Origin: a virus
Lineage: Duplodnaviria > Heunggongvirae > Uroviricota > Caudoviricetes
Length of the DNA: 41,177 nucleotides
Virus record (IMG/VR): IMGVR_UViG_2534681997_000004
Location: 1 to 41,177 of that record
Direction: 5' to 3' (one strand)
The translations under genes were made by a program, and so were the position numbers. The notes under the pieces are model-generated. The model made no database searches. It had not been told where the DNA came from and worked only from the letters and a program-made list of their open reading frames with translations. How positions within the stretch are numbered: the first letter of the stretch is position 1; every line of letters starts with the position of its first letter. This document shows positions 8,881 to 17,425 of the stretch, in pieces.

Positions 8881-9792
8881 ATGTCAAATACCGCTGAAAT
8901 ATTCAAATTCCCCACACAGCAGGGGAAACAGGAGAGCAGCATGGCTGAACTGGAGAAAGGCTATTTGCGCCTGGCCAACCAGATTCAGGATGCCCTGTGT
9001 ATCGTCGAACTATCCGGGCGCGAGTTCCGGGTGCTGAATGCTATCGTTCGTCTGACCTATGGCTGGTCTAAGAGTTCTGACCGCATCGCCAATAGCCTCA
9101 TTGCAGATAAAACGACGCTGAAGGTGAAACACGTCTCTGAAGCCGTGTTGAGCCTTGCCTATCGGAACATCATCATCCTGCGCCGCATTGGGCAAACCAG
9201 ATACATAGGGATTAATACCAGCCTGGATAAATGGGCGTATACCAAGCCAAATTGCATGAAGTGTCCAGCGGTGTTTCCTGCTGCTGAAGTTGTCACATGG
9301 GTTATTACCATCCCTGAATTCAGGGATAGCAATTTTACCCCTTCAATCATCCCTGAAAACGGGGATAACCATCCCCAAAAACAGGGAGAGGTATCCCTGA
9401 AAACAGGGAACACCAAAGACATTCTTCCAAATACAAATATAAATACAGATCTAACCCCCTCTAATCCCCCAAAGGGGAAGGGTAAGTTTGACCCGCTGAC
9501 GATTCCCGTTCCTGAGTGGCTTGATTCTGTGTCCTGGAGTGAGTGGGTGGCCTACCGCCAACAGTCTGGCAAAGCCATCAAGACCGAAATGACGGTCACC
9601 AAAGCATTCAAGTTGCTCAAGGCTTGCCTGGACGCTGGGCATGACCCCGTTGATGTGATCAACACCAGTATCGCCAACGGGTACCAGGGACTGTTTAAAC
9701 CGAAGTTCGCTCTCAACGCTCGCAAAACGGGCAGGGATGTGAACCGCATTTCTGAGCCAGACAAAACAATCCCACCCGGATTCAGGGGGTAA
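8881..9792 (+). CDS. Replication initiation protein, lambda O N-terminal domain-like
   Basis: N-terminus (LRLANQIQDALCIVELSGREFRVLNAIVRLTYGWSKSSDRIANSLIADKTTLKVKHVSEA) resembles the phage O N-terminal DNA-binding domain; ATG 8881 with GGAG RBS (alternative ATG at 8848). Confidence 0.6.
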   Translation: MSNTAEIFKFPTQQGKQESSMAELEKGYLRLANQIQDALCIVELSGREFRVLNAIVRLTYGWSKSSDRIANSLIADKTTLKVKHVSEAVLSLAYRNIIILRRIGQTRYIGINTSLDKWAYTKPNCMKCPAVFPAAEVVTWVITIPEFRDSNFTPSIIPENGDNHPQKQGEVSLKTGNTKDILPNTNINTDLTPSNPPKGKGKFDPLTIPVPEWLDSVSWSEWVAYRQQSGKAIKTEMTVTKAFKLLKACLDAGHDPVDVINTSIANGYQGLFKPKFALNARKTGRDVNRISEPDKTIPPGFRG

Positions 9793-9794
9793 GC

Positions 9795-10133
9795 ATGCCA
9801 AGACCAAATACACCAGAAGAGCAGGCGGCACTTATCCGGGTGATCATCGAAGAGGTGAAAATCCGTGGACGCTTAACCGTTAGCGAGGCATCACAGATGT
9901 TGTCGCTGCATCGTCAGACTGCTGAGAAGTATTTCCGCGTAGCAGCCGAACGCGGCGAACTCATTCGTTACGGTCGTCTAGGTTTGTTCAGGGACCCAAA
10001 GGCTGTAATTGATTTCGATCTCCAACGATTCTCATACGGTTCGAGTAAGCCTCTGATTGAGTTACCAGCAGATTTTCGGGGAAGTGCGGTTATGCGTCGG
10101 GTTATAGATATCGTGGGGAGGATGCCAGCATGA
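9795..10133 (+). CDS. Hypothetical HTH-containing protein
   Basis: 112-aa ORF with AGGGGG RBS; HTH-like LTVSEASQMLSLHRQTAEKY. Confidence 0.4.
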   Translation: MPRPNTPEEQAALIRVIIEEVKIRGRLTVSEASQMLSLHRQTAEKYFRVAAERGELIRYGRLGLFRDPKAVIDFDLQRFSYGSSKPLIELPADFRGSAVMRRVIDIVGRMPA

Positions 10134-10324
10134 CAACCGAAAAACTGGCGTTGAATTATGACCCAGCCGATCCCGACAAGATGCGATTACCGGCTGGCAT
10201 AACATGTGGTAATTGCCACCATATCCATCGTTGTAAAGCAATTTTTGGACACACGGAGTCGAACACATATTGCGATTGGTCACCGTCGCGATTTACTGCT
10301 GGCATTGGCGTGAAGGGGGATTGA
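10130..10324 (+). CDS. Hypothetical small Cys-rich protein
   Basis: 64 aa, ATGA overlap with upstream gene; CGNCHH...C...C pattern. Confidence 0.4.
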   Translation: MTTEKLALNYDPADPDKMRLPAGITCGNCHHIHRCKAIFGHTESNTYCDWSPSRFTAGIGVKGD

Positions 10325-10325
10325 G

Positions 10326-10532
10326 ATGATTGCTGCAAACTACATAGTCAATCTCTACTGCGACTGCGATGAGTGCACCGGTAAGCAATGGGGAAGCCCA
10401 GATTTTGCCGAGTACATTGGAAATTCATGGTCTGGCTGCGCTAAAGAGGCGCGGCCACATGGCTGGCGTATCAGCAAGGATAGAACGCGAGCGTTCGCGC
10501 CAGGTCACAAGATTTCGAGGACTAACCCATGA
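10326..10532 (+). CDS. Hypothetical small Cys-rich protein
   Basis: 68 aa starting 2 nt after the upstream stop; YCDCDEC motif. Confidence 0.35.
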   Translation: MIAANYIVNLYCDCDECTGKQWGSPDFAEYIGNSWSGCAKEARPHGWRISKDRTRAFAPGHKISRTNP

Positions 10533-10900
10533 CAACTATTACCAAAAAGCAACGCGCAGAGCTACGCATGAAGTTTGGCGGTCGCTGTGCTTATTGTGGA
10601 TGCGAACTACCAGAGAAAGGCTGGCATGCTGACCATGTAAAACCGGTCATTCGTTTTGATGGAAATATGCTTCACCAGGAACGTGACGATATATCAAACA
10701 TGGTTCCAGCATGCCACCCATGCAATCTGCACAAGCATTGCAGTAGCCTGGAAGATTACCGGCGAATTATCGGTGATGGTCGTCGTGAATTCCTTGTGTC
10801 CGGGAAAGGCAAAGCGCTGGTTCGTATGGGATTGGTTGAAATGAAATCTGACCCAGTGGTGTTCTGGTTCGAAAAATATCAAGAAGGAGCGTCAGCATGA
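10529..10900 (+). CDS. HNH endonuclease
   Basis: CAYCG...HADHVKP...N...PACHPCNLHK matches the HNH Cys/His/Asn signature; overlapping start/stop with neighbours. Confidence 0.7.
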   Translation: MTTITKKQRAELRMKFGGRCAYCGCELPEKGWHADHVKPVIRFDGNMLHQERDDISNMVPACHPCNLHKHCSSLEDYRRIIGDGRREFLVSGKGKALVRMGLVEMKSDPVVFWFEKYQEGASA

Positions 10901-11376
10901 CAACTAACAACCACCCGGCGCACGGTCCTGTATCACTCGATCGCCTGCACCAGATACGTGAAATACTCAGCAAAGCAGCAGCACAAAGCGACGGCGGTAA
11001 TGTCGGCTATGCGATGGCTGATGCTGTGAAGGTGATCAATGGAGTTCTGGAGTCGATGGCCCGTGAGCAAGTACGCCGTGAGCATGCTACATGGTCACAG
11101 GCTACTTTCGGCGATGTCGGTCCAGTTGGTCCTCTGAAGCACCTTTCTAAAGAAGCGCTCGAGGCTGCTGCTGAACCTGGCGACCTTAGCGAATGGGCTG
11201 ACATGCAATTCCTGTTATGGGATACGCAGCGTCGTGCCGGTATCAGTGATGAACAGATTACCCAAGCGATGGTAGAGAAGTTGGCGATTAACAAACAGCG
11301 CAAATGGCCTGAGCCGAAAGACGGTGAGCCATGTGTACATGACAGAATGAATCATGAGCGTATTGATTTTAGCTGA
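10897..11376 (+). CDS. Hypothetical protein, possibly nucleotide pyrophosphohydrolase-like (MazG/DUF550-like)
   Basis: 159 aa, translationally coupled to the HNH gene; family assignment from memory only. Confidence 0.35.
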   Translation: MTTNNHPAHGPVSLDRLHQIREILSKAAAQSDGGNVGYAMADAVKVINGVLESMAREQVRREHATWSQATFGDVGPVGPLKHLSKEALEAAAEPGDLSEWADMQFLLWDTQRRAGISDEQITQAMVEKLAINKQRKWPEPKDGEPCVHDRMNHERIDFS

Positions 11377-11504
11377 CTCACCGTAGCAACAATGAATAAT
11401 GTTTCGAGTGTATTTGATTATGCATTGTGAGATGGACATTACTGAGAGTGTAAATCTTAGTTTATGATAATGGACAGCAATGAAATTATACCCGGAGAGC
11501 GATA

Positions 11505-11972
11505 ATGGATACTAAGAATGAAGTTGTGCAACATTCATCACCCCAGCAGGCAGTGAGAGTATTTGCCGAGGCCCTTGAACAAGCCGTTAGGGAGAACACT
11601 ATAGAAGATTCGAACTCTCGGTCGCCTGGAAAAACTGTGCTTGATTCAAATTCAGAAATAAAATCTTCAACAATTGTCGGTGCTGGTGGATTGATCGGAA
11701 CTGCTGGCGTTGCAGCCACTACAGCTTCGGCCGTTACTGGTGGGTCAGCTGCTACTATAATGTCTGCAACAGCTGGAACAGTTGGAGCCAGTGTTGCATC
11801 TTTAGCAGGCGCAGCAGGAACGGCAGGGGCTGCGTCGATCTCATCCGGAATGGCAGCCGTTGGTTCGGTTGTTGGAGGAGGAATGGCCGCCGGGGCAATA
11901 ATCACAGCGGTGGCACCTGTCGCAGCAGTCGCAAGTGTTGCTTACTTGGCTTTTAAGCTTTTTGAAGATTAA
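11505..11972 (+). CDS. Gly/Ala-rich hydrophobic (glycine-zipper-like) membrane protein
   Basis: GGAGAG RBS 6 nt before ATG; C-terminal about 100 aa is almost entirely G/A/S/T/V with GxxxG/AxxxA spacing. Confidence 0.55.
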   Translation: MDTKNEVVQHSSPQQAVRVFAEALEQAVRENTIEDSNSRSPGKTVLDSNSEIKSSTIVGAGGLIGTAGVAATTASAVTGGSAATIMSATAGTVGASVASLAGAAGTAGAASISSGMAAVGSVVGGGMAAGAIITAVAPVAAVASVAYLAFKLFED

Positions 11973-12175
11973 CTAACCTTTCATAAAGGCTGTTTAAGCA
12001 GGCTAATTTTCATATCTTAGTAAAGTTTCTGCTGGTTCATAATTAGCAGATACAAAACAGAATCCCGCGATTTCACGGCGGAGCCAGCGATGTTTGCTGA
12101 AGCACTGGTGCGTGCAAATTTGCCAGAGCTTTGTCAGCAGAAACAAATAGCGGCTTAATAAAACATTGCTAATTC

Positions 12176-12203
12176 AACCCGCTACGGCGGGTTTTCTTTT
12201 TTT
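12176..12203 (+). terminator. Intrinsic terminator
   Basis: CCCGC-tacg-GCGGG stem-loop followed by TTTTCTTTTTTT. Confidence 0.6.
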
Positions 12204-12265
12204 ACTACTGACAGAAAATTAACAATTTGTGCTCTTAAAACGTTGATCATTTCCGTGCATAGGTA

Positions 12266-12285
12266 TACTGTATAAAAACACAGTA
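12266..12285 (+). promoter_or_regulatory. LexA (SOS) box
   Basis: TACTGTATAAAAACACAGTA = CTGT-N8-ACAG palindrome, 18 nt upstream of the dinI-like start. Confidence 0.7.
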
Positions 12286-12303
12286 CATGCAATGGAGGCC
12301 ATT

Positions 12304-12537
12304 ATGAAAGTTGAATTAACCATTGATCGCATGAAAGAACTTCCTAAAGGCGCGGTACCAGCACTGGAGAAAGAATTGCTTAAGTGCCTGAATGATCACT
12401 ATGACAATTGCAGGCTCACAATCCGCCGTGCCGGGTCCGATGGGTTAAGTGTTTTCGGTGGAGACAAGGACGATAAAAAGAAAATCGAATCCATCCTCCA
12501 GGAAACCTGGGAAAGCGCTGACGACTGGTTTTATTAG
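12304..12537 (+). CDS. dinI: DinI-family DNA-damage-inducible protein
   Basis: GGAGG RBS; C-terminus ...KKKIESILQETWESADDWFY matches the DinI signature. Confidence 0.8.
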   Translation: MKVELTIDRMKELPKGAVPALEKELLKCLNDHYDNCRLTIRRAGSDGLSVFGGDKDDKKKIESILQETWESADDWFY

Positions 12538-12654
12538 AATTGCGCTTAAGGCTGGCGCGCATTTATCAGAATACCGCAATTTGCGTAACCCTCTGATGCT
12601 GCTGCCGACAATCTTTAATCGCGTCTGTTAGTCGCTCGAAGGGAGAACATAAAT

Positions 12655-12903
12655 GTGAGTGATTCAGCTTTGCAAACGTCAGATGACAACTGGTATGACA
12701 TTGTAAGAAGGTCTGACGGCTGCGTGGTGTTTAGCTTTCCTTCATCGGGCAGGCATCTAATTTATCGCGTCAATGGCATGGTTTCTATGCGGCCTTTGCT
12801 GGATGATGAAGAGGTCTTTACTCCTAATGGTTTTATGCAGTTTATTCACCGTCTCGGCTACCGGGTAACCCCACCTTCTGATAATATGAAATCAACGGTC
12901 TGA
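12655..12903 (+). CDS. Hypothetical protein
   Basis: 82 aa, GTG start with AAGGGAG RBS. Confidence 0.4.
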   Translation: MSDSALQTSDDNWYDIVRRSDGCVVFSFPSSGRHLIYRVNGMVSMRPLLDDEEVFTPNGFMQFIHRLGYRVTPPSDNMKSTV

Positions 12904-12937
12904 ACAACCGTAACCTACTGCGCCACGGAGAGAAACC

Positions 12938-13537
12938 ATGGCGCACGAACTACAACTCATCAAGCAGTCATCAGGAATCCTGATCCCCGCGACGCCGGAG
13001 ACCAGCGATATTCTGCAATCAAAAATCAAACTCGGCGCCGTGCTGGTAGCCGAATTTCGCCAGGTGAGGAATCCCGCATTCCATCGCCGTTTTTTTGCGC
13101 TCCTGAATCTCGGGTTTGAATACTGGGAACCTACTGGAGGGGCGATATCCAGCAATGAGCGTAAGCTCGTAAATGGTTATGCTAAATTCCTCGCGGCATT
13201 TGGTGGAAACGAAGGCGCACTGCTGGATGCTGCCGAGCAATATCTGGACCGCATCGCCGATAAGCGCGCCGGTAGCATCAGCATCTGCAAATCCTATGAT
13301 GCTTATCGCGCCTGGGTGATCGTCGAGTCTGGTCACTATGACGCTATTCAGCTTCCTGACGGAACACTTCGCAAACATCCCCGCAGTATTGCCTTCGCTA
13401 ACATGGACGAAACCGAGTTCCAGCAGCTGTACAAAGCCGCGCTCGATGTTCTGTGGCGATGGATACTCTCCCGATCATTTCGCAGTTGTGAAGAGGCAGA
13501 AAACGCCGCCGCCCAGCTGATGAGCTTTGCGGGGTGA
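12938..13537 (+). CDS. Nin-region protein, YbcN-like (DUF1367-like)
   Basis: 199 aa with GGAGAG RBS; position upstream of ybcO-like and rusA as in DLP12-type nin regions. Confidence 0.4.
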   Translation: MAHELQLIKQSSGILIPATPETSDILQSKIKLGAVLVAEFRQVRNPAFHRRFFALLNLGFEYWEPTGGAISSNERKLVNGYAKFLAAFGGNEGALLDAAEQYLDRIADKRAGSISICKSYDAYRAWVIVESGHYDAIQLPDGTLRKHPRSIAFANMDETEFQQLYKAALDVLWRWILSRSFRSCEEAENAAAQLMSFAG

Positions 13538-13743
13538 TGGCGATGAAATTTTCCTGGTTCCACCATCACGAATGCACCACCGAACAGGCCGACGAGCTGG
13601 TGGAGAAATACCGGGCGCGCGGTGTAAAGACAGAGCGCAGCCTGAATCGCGACAACATCACCTGGACCGTCAGCGCGCAATTGCCGGAAGGCGACAACGC
13701 GCCTCGCCCGAGCCGGGTATGGCAAAGCAAGGCGTGGGGGTGA
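13537..13743 (+). CDS. Hypothetical small protein
   Basis: 68 aa; TGATG stop/start overlap with upstream gene. Confidence 0.35.
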   Translation: MAMKFSWFHHHECTTEQADELVEKYRARGVKTERSLNRDNITWTVSAQLPEGDNAPRPSRVWQSKAWG

Positions 13744-13745
13744 GC

Positions 13746-14036
13746 ATGGCAAATTTACGCAAAGAGGCTCGTGGTCGTGATTGTCAGGTTCGAATTCCCG
13801 GCGTCTGCAACGGTAACCCGGAAACGTCTGTACTGGCGCACATTCGCCTGGCCGGGTTATGTGGCACCGGAATCAAACCGCCTGATCTGATTGCCACCAT
13901 TGCATGCTCTGCCTGTCACGACGAGATCGACCGCCGTACACATTTTGTCGATGCTGAGTATGCTAAAGAATGCGCGCTGGAAGGTATGGCGAGAACGCAG
14001 GTTATCTGGCTGAAAGAGGGGGTAATCAAGGCGTGA
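13746..14036 (+). CDS. YbcO-like small nuclease (DUF1364-like)
   Basis: [35 protein letters not shown]...[15 protein letters not shown]; located immediately upstream of rusA as in DLP12. Confidence 0.6.
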   Translation: MANLRKEARGRDCQVRIPGVCNGNPETSVLAHIRLAGLCGTGIKPPDLIATIACSACHDEIDRRTHFVDAEYAKECALEGMARTQVIWLKEGVIKA

Positions 14037-14395
14037 ATACTTACAACATCACATTGCCCTGGCCGCCGAGCAATAACCGCTACTACCGCCATAATCGCGG
14101 GCGCACGCACATCAGCGCAGAAGGGCAGGCATACCGCGATAACGTCGCCCGAATCATTAAAAACGCAATGCTGGATATCGGTCTGGCTATGCCTGTGAAA
14201 ATCCGCATTGAGTGCCACATGCCGGATCGCCGTCGCCGTGACCTGGATAATCTGCAAAAGGCCGCTTTTGACGCACTCACCAAAGCAGGTTTCTGGCTGG
14301 ACGATGCTCAGGTCGTTGATTATCGCGTTGTGAAGATGCCCGTTACCAAAGGTGGAAAGCTGGAACTGACAATCACCGGGCTGGAGGCCGTATGA
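14033..14395 (+). CDS. rusA: RusA Holliday junction resolvase
   Basis: 120 aa from GTG 14033; [95 protein letters not shown] closely matches RusA. Confidence 0.85.
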   Translation: MNTYNITLPWPPSNNRYYRHNRGRTHISAEGQAYRDNVARIIKNAMLDIGLAMPVKIRIECHMPDRRRRDLDNLQKAAFDALTKAGFWLDDAQVVDYRVVKMPVTKGGKLELTITGLEAV

Positions 14396-14529
14396 CATTT
14401 GAATCCTGTTTTTCCGATCACCTCCGCGTTCGCTGGCAGCGGCTTCGCTTATACCACTTTCCCGGCTCTGTGCTAACGGATTACCGAATACTGAAGAACT
14501 ACATCAAAACCATAGGCGGTGCAGTATGA
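14392..14529 (+). CDS. Small ORF (45 aa) coupled between rusA and the Q-like gene (YlcG-position)
   Basis: ATG overlaps the rusA stop (ATGA) and its stop overlaps the Q-like start (ATGA); not in ORF track because under 60 aa. Confidence 0.4.
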   Translation: MTFESCFSDHLRVRWQRLRLYHFPGSVLTDYRILKNYIKTIGGAV

Positions 14530-15215
14530 ATACTCAATTTCTCGAATACGTGCGCCAGCAGTTGATGGTGGCGACCGCAGACCTCAGCGGGGCGACGAAA
14601 GGGCAGCTGGTAGCTTTCGCCGAGAACGCGCAATTCACCGCGACGGCGCGGAGTCGGGGCCGGAAAAAGGTATTCGACAAGGATAAGCAGCGCATGGTCA
14701 ATCCTGACGGCCAGCCGATGAGCGGCAACCAGTCCCGCGCTAAGGGCTCGTCTATCGCGCTGGTGGGCCCGGTAGAGTACGGGACCGCATCGTGGCGCCG
14801 CGCTGTTCTGTCGCTTGAAGACCATCAGAAAGCGTGGCTGCTATGGAACTATAGCGAGAACGTGCGCTGGTGCTATCAGGTGGAAATCACTCAATGGGCG
14901 TGGGCAGAGTTCCGGGAGCAGCTCGGCGCGAAGAAGGTGGCCGGCAAAACGATGGAGCGCCTGAAGAAGCTTGTCTGGCTCGCGGCTCAGGACGTGAAAG
15001 CAGAGCTGGCAGGGCGTGAGACGTACGAATATCAGGCGCTGGCGTCGCTGGTTGGCGTAACGCCAAAAAACTGGTCAGAGACCTTTACTGACCGCTGGGT
15101 TGAGATGCGCAGCATCTTCCTGCGACTGGATAGCGGGGCTTTATTGCAGGTTACGCGATCACGTTCACAACAAAAGGCGACAAATTTAGACTCAAGTCTT
15201 GCAAAACTGGATTGA
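14526..15215 (+). CDS. Putative late-gene antiterminator (Q-like)
   Basis: 229-aa ORF between rusA and the lysis cassette, followed by a promoter-like element and intrinsic terminators; assignment mainly positional. Confidence 0.5.
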   Translation: MNTQFLEYVRQQLMVATADLSGATKGQLVAFAENAQFTATARSRGRKKVFDKDKQRMVNPDGQPMSGNQSRAKGSSIALVGPVEYGTASWRRAVLSLEDHQKAWLLWNYSENVRWCYQVEITQWAWAEFREQLGAKKVAGKTMERLKKLVWLAAQDVKAELAGRETYEYQALASLVGVTPKNWSETFTDRWVEMRSIFLRLDSGALLQVTRSRSQQKATNLDSSLAKLD

Positions 15216-15235
15216 AACGCATATATTTCATGTAA
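15207..15235 (+). promoter_or_regulatory. Putative late promoter (PR'-like)
   Basis: TTGCAA-17 nt-TATATT at the 3' end of the Q-like gene, upstream of tandem terminators and the holin gene. Confidence 0.35.
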
Positions 15236-15281
15236 ATCTGATATCGTCGCCATAGCTTCGTAGGTCGACAAAGAATTAAGA

Positions 15282-15311
15282 GCCTCGCCATCGTGCGGGG
15301 CTTTTTTATTT
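15282..15311 (+). terminator. Intrinsic terminator (tR'-like, first of tandem pair)
   Basis: 7-bp stem GCCTCGC/GCGGGGC with 6-nt loop followed by TTTTTTATTT. Confidence 0.55.
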
Positions 15312-15385
15312 GCGGTACGCAGCACACAGAACCCACTACCTGGGACCCTTCGGCCAGAGAGCCGACATTGCCTTACCCTCACATT

Positions 15386-15412
15386 GCCAGCCTGTCGCTG
15401 GCTTTTTTATTT
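15386..15412 (+). terminator. Intrinsic terminator (second of tandem pair)
   Basis: GCCAGC-ctgtc-GCTGGC stem-loop followed by TTTTTTATTT. Confidence 0.55.
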
Positions 15413-15484
15413 GCGATGTCCGGTCGTTGTTTCCTGGCATCCTTCCACTCTACACAAACAGCACCCCGTTCTTTCGGAGGTGAT

Positions 15485-15802
15485 ATGGCAAAGCGTATGA
15501 ATGACGACCATAAAATTGTAGGCCTGTCCTGGTTAGTCCTGCTCGGCATTGCATGCTGGGGCGGTTTAGTTCGCTACCTGATCGACGTAAAGCAGAATAA
15601 AGCGACATGGAGCTGGATAAACGCGCTGGCACAGATCGCTGTCTCCGGCTTTACCGGTTTGATTGGCGGGTTGATAAGCGTGGAGAGTGGGTTGAGTTTT
15701 CACATGATCCTTGTCACGTCCGGCATTAGCGGGGCGATGGGTTCAGTGGCTCTGACCTATTTCTGGGAACGCTTGACGGGGATGAAGAATGCAAACCAGT
15801 GA
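15485..15802 (+). CDS. Holin
   Basis: 105 aa with GGAGGTGA RBS; hydrophobic transmembrane segments; immediately upstream of and overlapping the lysozyme gene. Confidence 0.7.
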   Translation: MAKRMNDDHKIVGLSWLVLLGIACWGGLVRYLIDVKQNKATWSWINALAQIAVSGFTGLIGGLISVESGLSFHMILVTSGISGAMGSVALTYFWERLTGMKNANQ

Positions 15803-16229
15803 TAAAGGCATTGCCCTGATCAAAGAGTTCGAAGGTTGCAAGCTCACTGCCTATCAGGACAGCGTCGGCGTTTGGACGATCGGTTATGGCTGGACTCAGC
15901 CCGTCGACGGGAAACCAATCCGTGCCGGGATGACAATTAAGCAGGAAACGGCAGAACGCCTGCTGAAGACAGGAATGGTCAGTTACGAAAGTGACGTGTC
16001 ACGACTGGTTAAAGTTGGCCTGACTCAGGGGCAATTCGATGCCCTGGTGTCGTTCACGTATAACCTCGGTGCGCGGTCATTGTCGACATCGACTCTCCTG
16101 CGAAAACTCAACGCCGGAGATTACGCTGGTGCAGCCGATGAGTTCCTGCGCTGGAATAAAGCTGGTGGGAAGGTGCTGAATGGGCTGACACGTCGGCGGG
16201 AGGCAGAGCGAGCTCTGTTCCTGTCATGA
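15789..16229 (+). CDS. Endolysin, lysozyme (GH24 / T4-lysozyme-like)
   Basis: N-terminal LIKEFEGCKLTAYQDSVGVWTIGYGWT catalytic motif. Confidence 0.85.
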   Translation: MQTSDKGIALIKEFEGCKLTAYQDSVGVWTIGYGWTQPVDGKPIRAGMTIKQETAERLLKTGMVSYESDVSRLVKVGLTQGQFDALVSFTYNLGARSLSTSTLLRKLNAGDYAGAADEFLRWNKAGGKVLNGLTRRREAERALFLS

Positions 16230-16612
16230 TTAGCGCACTGGTTAAGCGTTACTGGCTGCAGTTGCTGGTGCTGGCGTTAATCGGCGTGCTGGCGTTCTTC
16301 GTGAACCACTACCGCGACAACGCCATCGCCTACAAAGACCAACGCGATAAGGCGACGGTCCGGGCAGACACATCAGAGGCGATCACCAGCAACGTGATCA
16401 CCACGATGAACCTCATCCGTGACATCTCACAGGCTACCCAGAATGCAAAGAACGAACTGGCTAAAAAGGGCGAGACGCGCATTGTCTACATCAGGCAATG
16501 GCTTGAAGGCGATCCGTGCGCTAAGCAGCTTGTTCCTACTGCCGCTACTGACAGCCTGCGGGAATTCGCAGACAGTTTACGTTCCGGCCCCAGTGGTGCC
16601 GATAAGCGCTGA
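16226..16612 (+). CDS. Rz-like i-spanin
   Basis: 128 aa with N-terminal TM helix and coiled-coil-rich periplasmic part; directly after lysozyme gene. Confidence 0.6.
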   Translation: MISALVKRYWLQLLVLALIGVLAFFVNHYRDNAIAYKDQRDKATVRADTSEAITSNVITTMNLIRDISQATQNAKNELAKKGETRIVYIRQWLEGDPCAKQLVPTAATDSLREFADSLRSGPSGADKR

Positions 16613-16766
16613 CCTGACCGCAGACACACCGATCCCCGGAATGGTGGTTCCGTTCACATGGCAGGCAAGTCTCGAGTTAAACGCTCAGCTCTACACGGCG
16701 CTGGGGCAGTGCAATCTGGATAAGGCAGCAATCAGGAAAATCGAATCATCAAGAGCCTCGCAATAG
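16419..16766 (+). CDS. Rz1-like o-spanin lipoprotein (overlapped with Rz in a different frame)
   Basis: Alternate-frame ORF starting inside Rz; lipobox LLPLLTAC-G; start codon ambiguous (GTG 16419 or ATG 16443). Confidence 0.5.
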   Translation: MTSHRLPRMQRTNWLKRARRALSTSGNGLKAIRALSSLFLLPLLTACGNSQTVYVPAPVVPISADLTADTPIPGMVVPFTWQASLELNAQLYTALGQCNLDKAAIRKIESSRASQ

Positions 16767-16779
16767 CGGGGCTTTTTTA
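16755..16779 (+). terminator. Intrinsic terminator after lysis cassette
   Basis: GCCTCGC-aata-GCGGGGC stem-loop plus TTTTTT; near-duplicate of the 15282 terminator. Confidence 0.55.
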
Positions 16780-16927
16780 CGCCTGCAGTAAACCCGCGCA
16801 TTCTCGTGCGCATATCAACCAAGAGCCTTTCGGGGTAGAGCTTGAGATAGGGCAGTGGTAACGCTGACCGCTCTTGGGCTGCCCATATCTACGAGAACAG
16901 GCTCAACCACCAAAAGGTATCAGCGAA

Positions 16928-17425
16928 ATGAAATCATTAACCCTCTTCAATCAACCAATCCGTGTCGGGGAAGACGGCATGATCTGCCTCACCGATATGT
17001 GGAAAGCCAGTGGCAAAAGTGATGCTGAGTCGCCTTACCACTATCTGCGAAACAAGCAGACAAAAGAGTTCCTGGCCGAGCTGGAGAAAAACCACGAATC
17101 TGTGGTTTTCACTGAGCGCGGTGTACACGGTGGAACATATGGCGGGAAGTTTGTTGCTTACGATTATGCGGCTTGGTTAAACCCCGGGTTCAAGTACGCG
17201 GCCTATAAAGTCCTCGATGACTACTTCACTGGAGAACTTCAGCATCGCAACAGCTTAAGTGCGCAGCTCAACATGAAGTGCCATGAGTTTGACCAGAAAA
17301 AGGACATGGCGAGCTTCTGCGGACAAGGACTCGCAGCATGGCGTTATACGAAGCCTGTATTGGTCGCTGAGATTAACACCCTTGCTAACCAGCTGCAGAT
17401 TACGATCCCAGGGCTTCAAGGATGA
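16928..17425 (+). CDS. KilA-N domain protein
   Basis: N-terminal region (ICLTDMWKASGKSDAESPYHYLRNKQTKEFLAEL) resembles the KilA-N DNA-binding domain; alternative upstream ATG at 16874. Confidence 0.55.
   Translation: MKSLTLFNQPIRVGEDGMICLTDMWKASGKSDAESPYHYLRNKQTKEFLAELEKNHESVVFTERGVHGGTYGGKFVAYDYAAWLNPGFKYAAYKVLDDYFTGELQHRNSLSAQLNMKCHEFDQKKDMASFCGQGLAAWRYTKPVLVAEINTLANQLQITIPGLQG

Noticed and set aside
10369-10632. 87-aa ORF in an alternative frame overlapping the Cys-rich gene and HNH start
   Set aside because: Overlaps two tightly coupled genes, lacks an RBS, and has an Arg-rich composition typical of an out-of-frame reading.
11486-11905. Minus-strand 139-aa ORF overlapping the Gly/Ala-rich gene
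   Set aside because: It is the antisense reading of a low-complexity GC-rich codon repeat; the plus-strand ORF has the RBS and is followed by the terminator.
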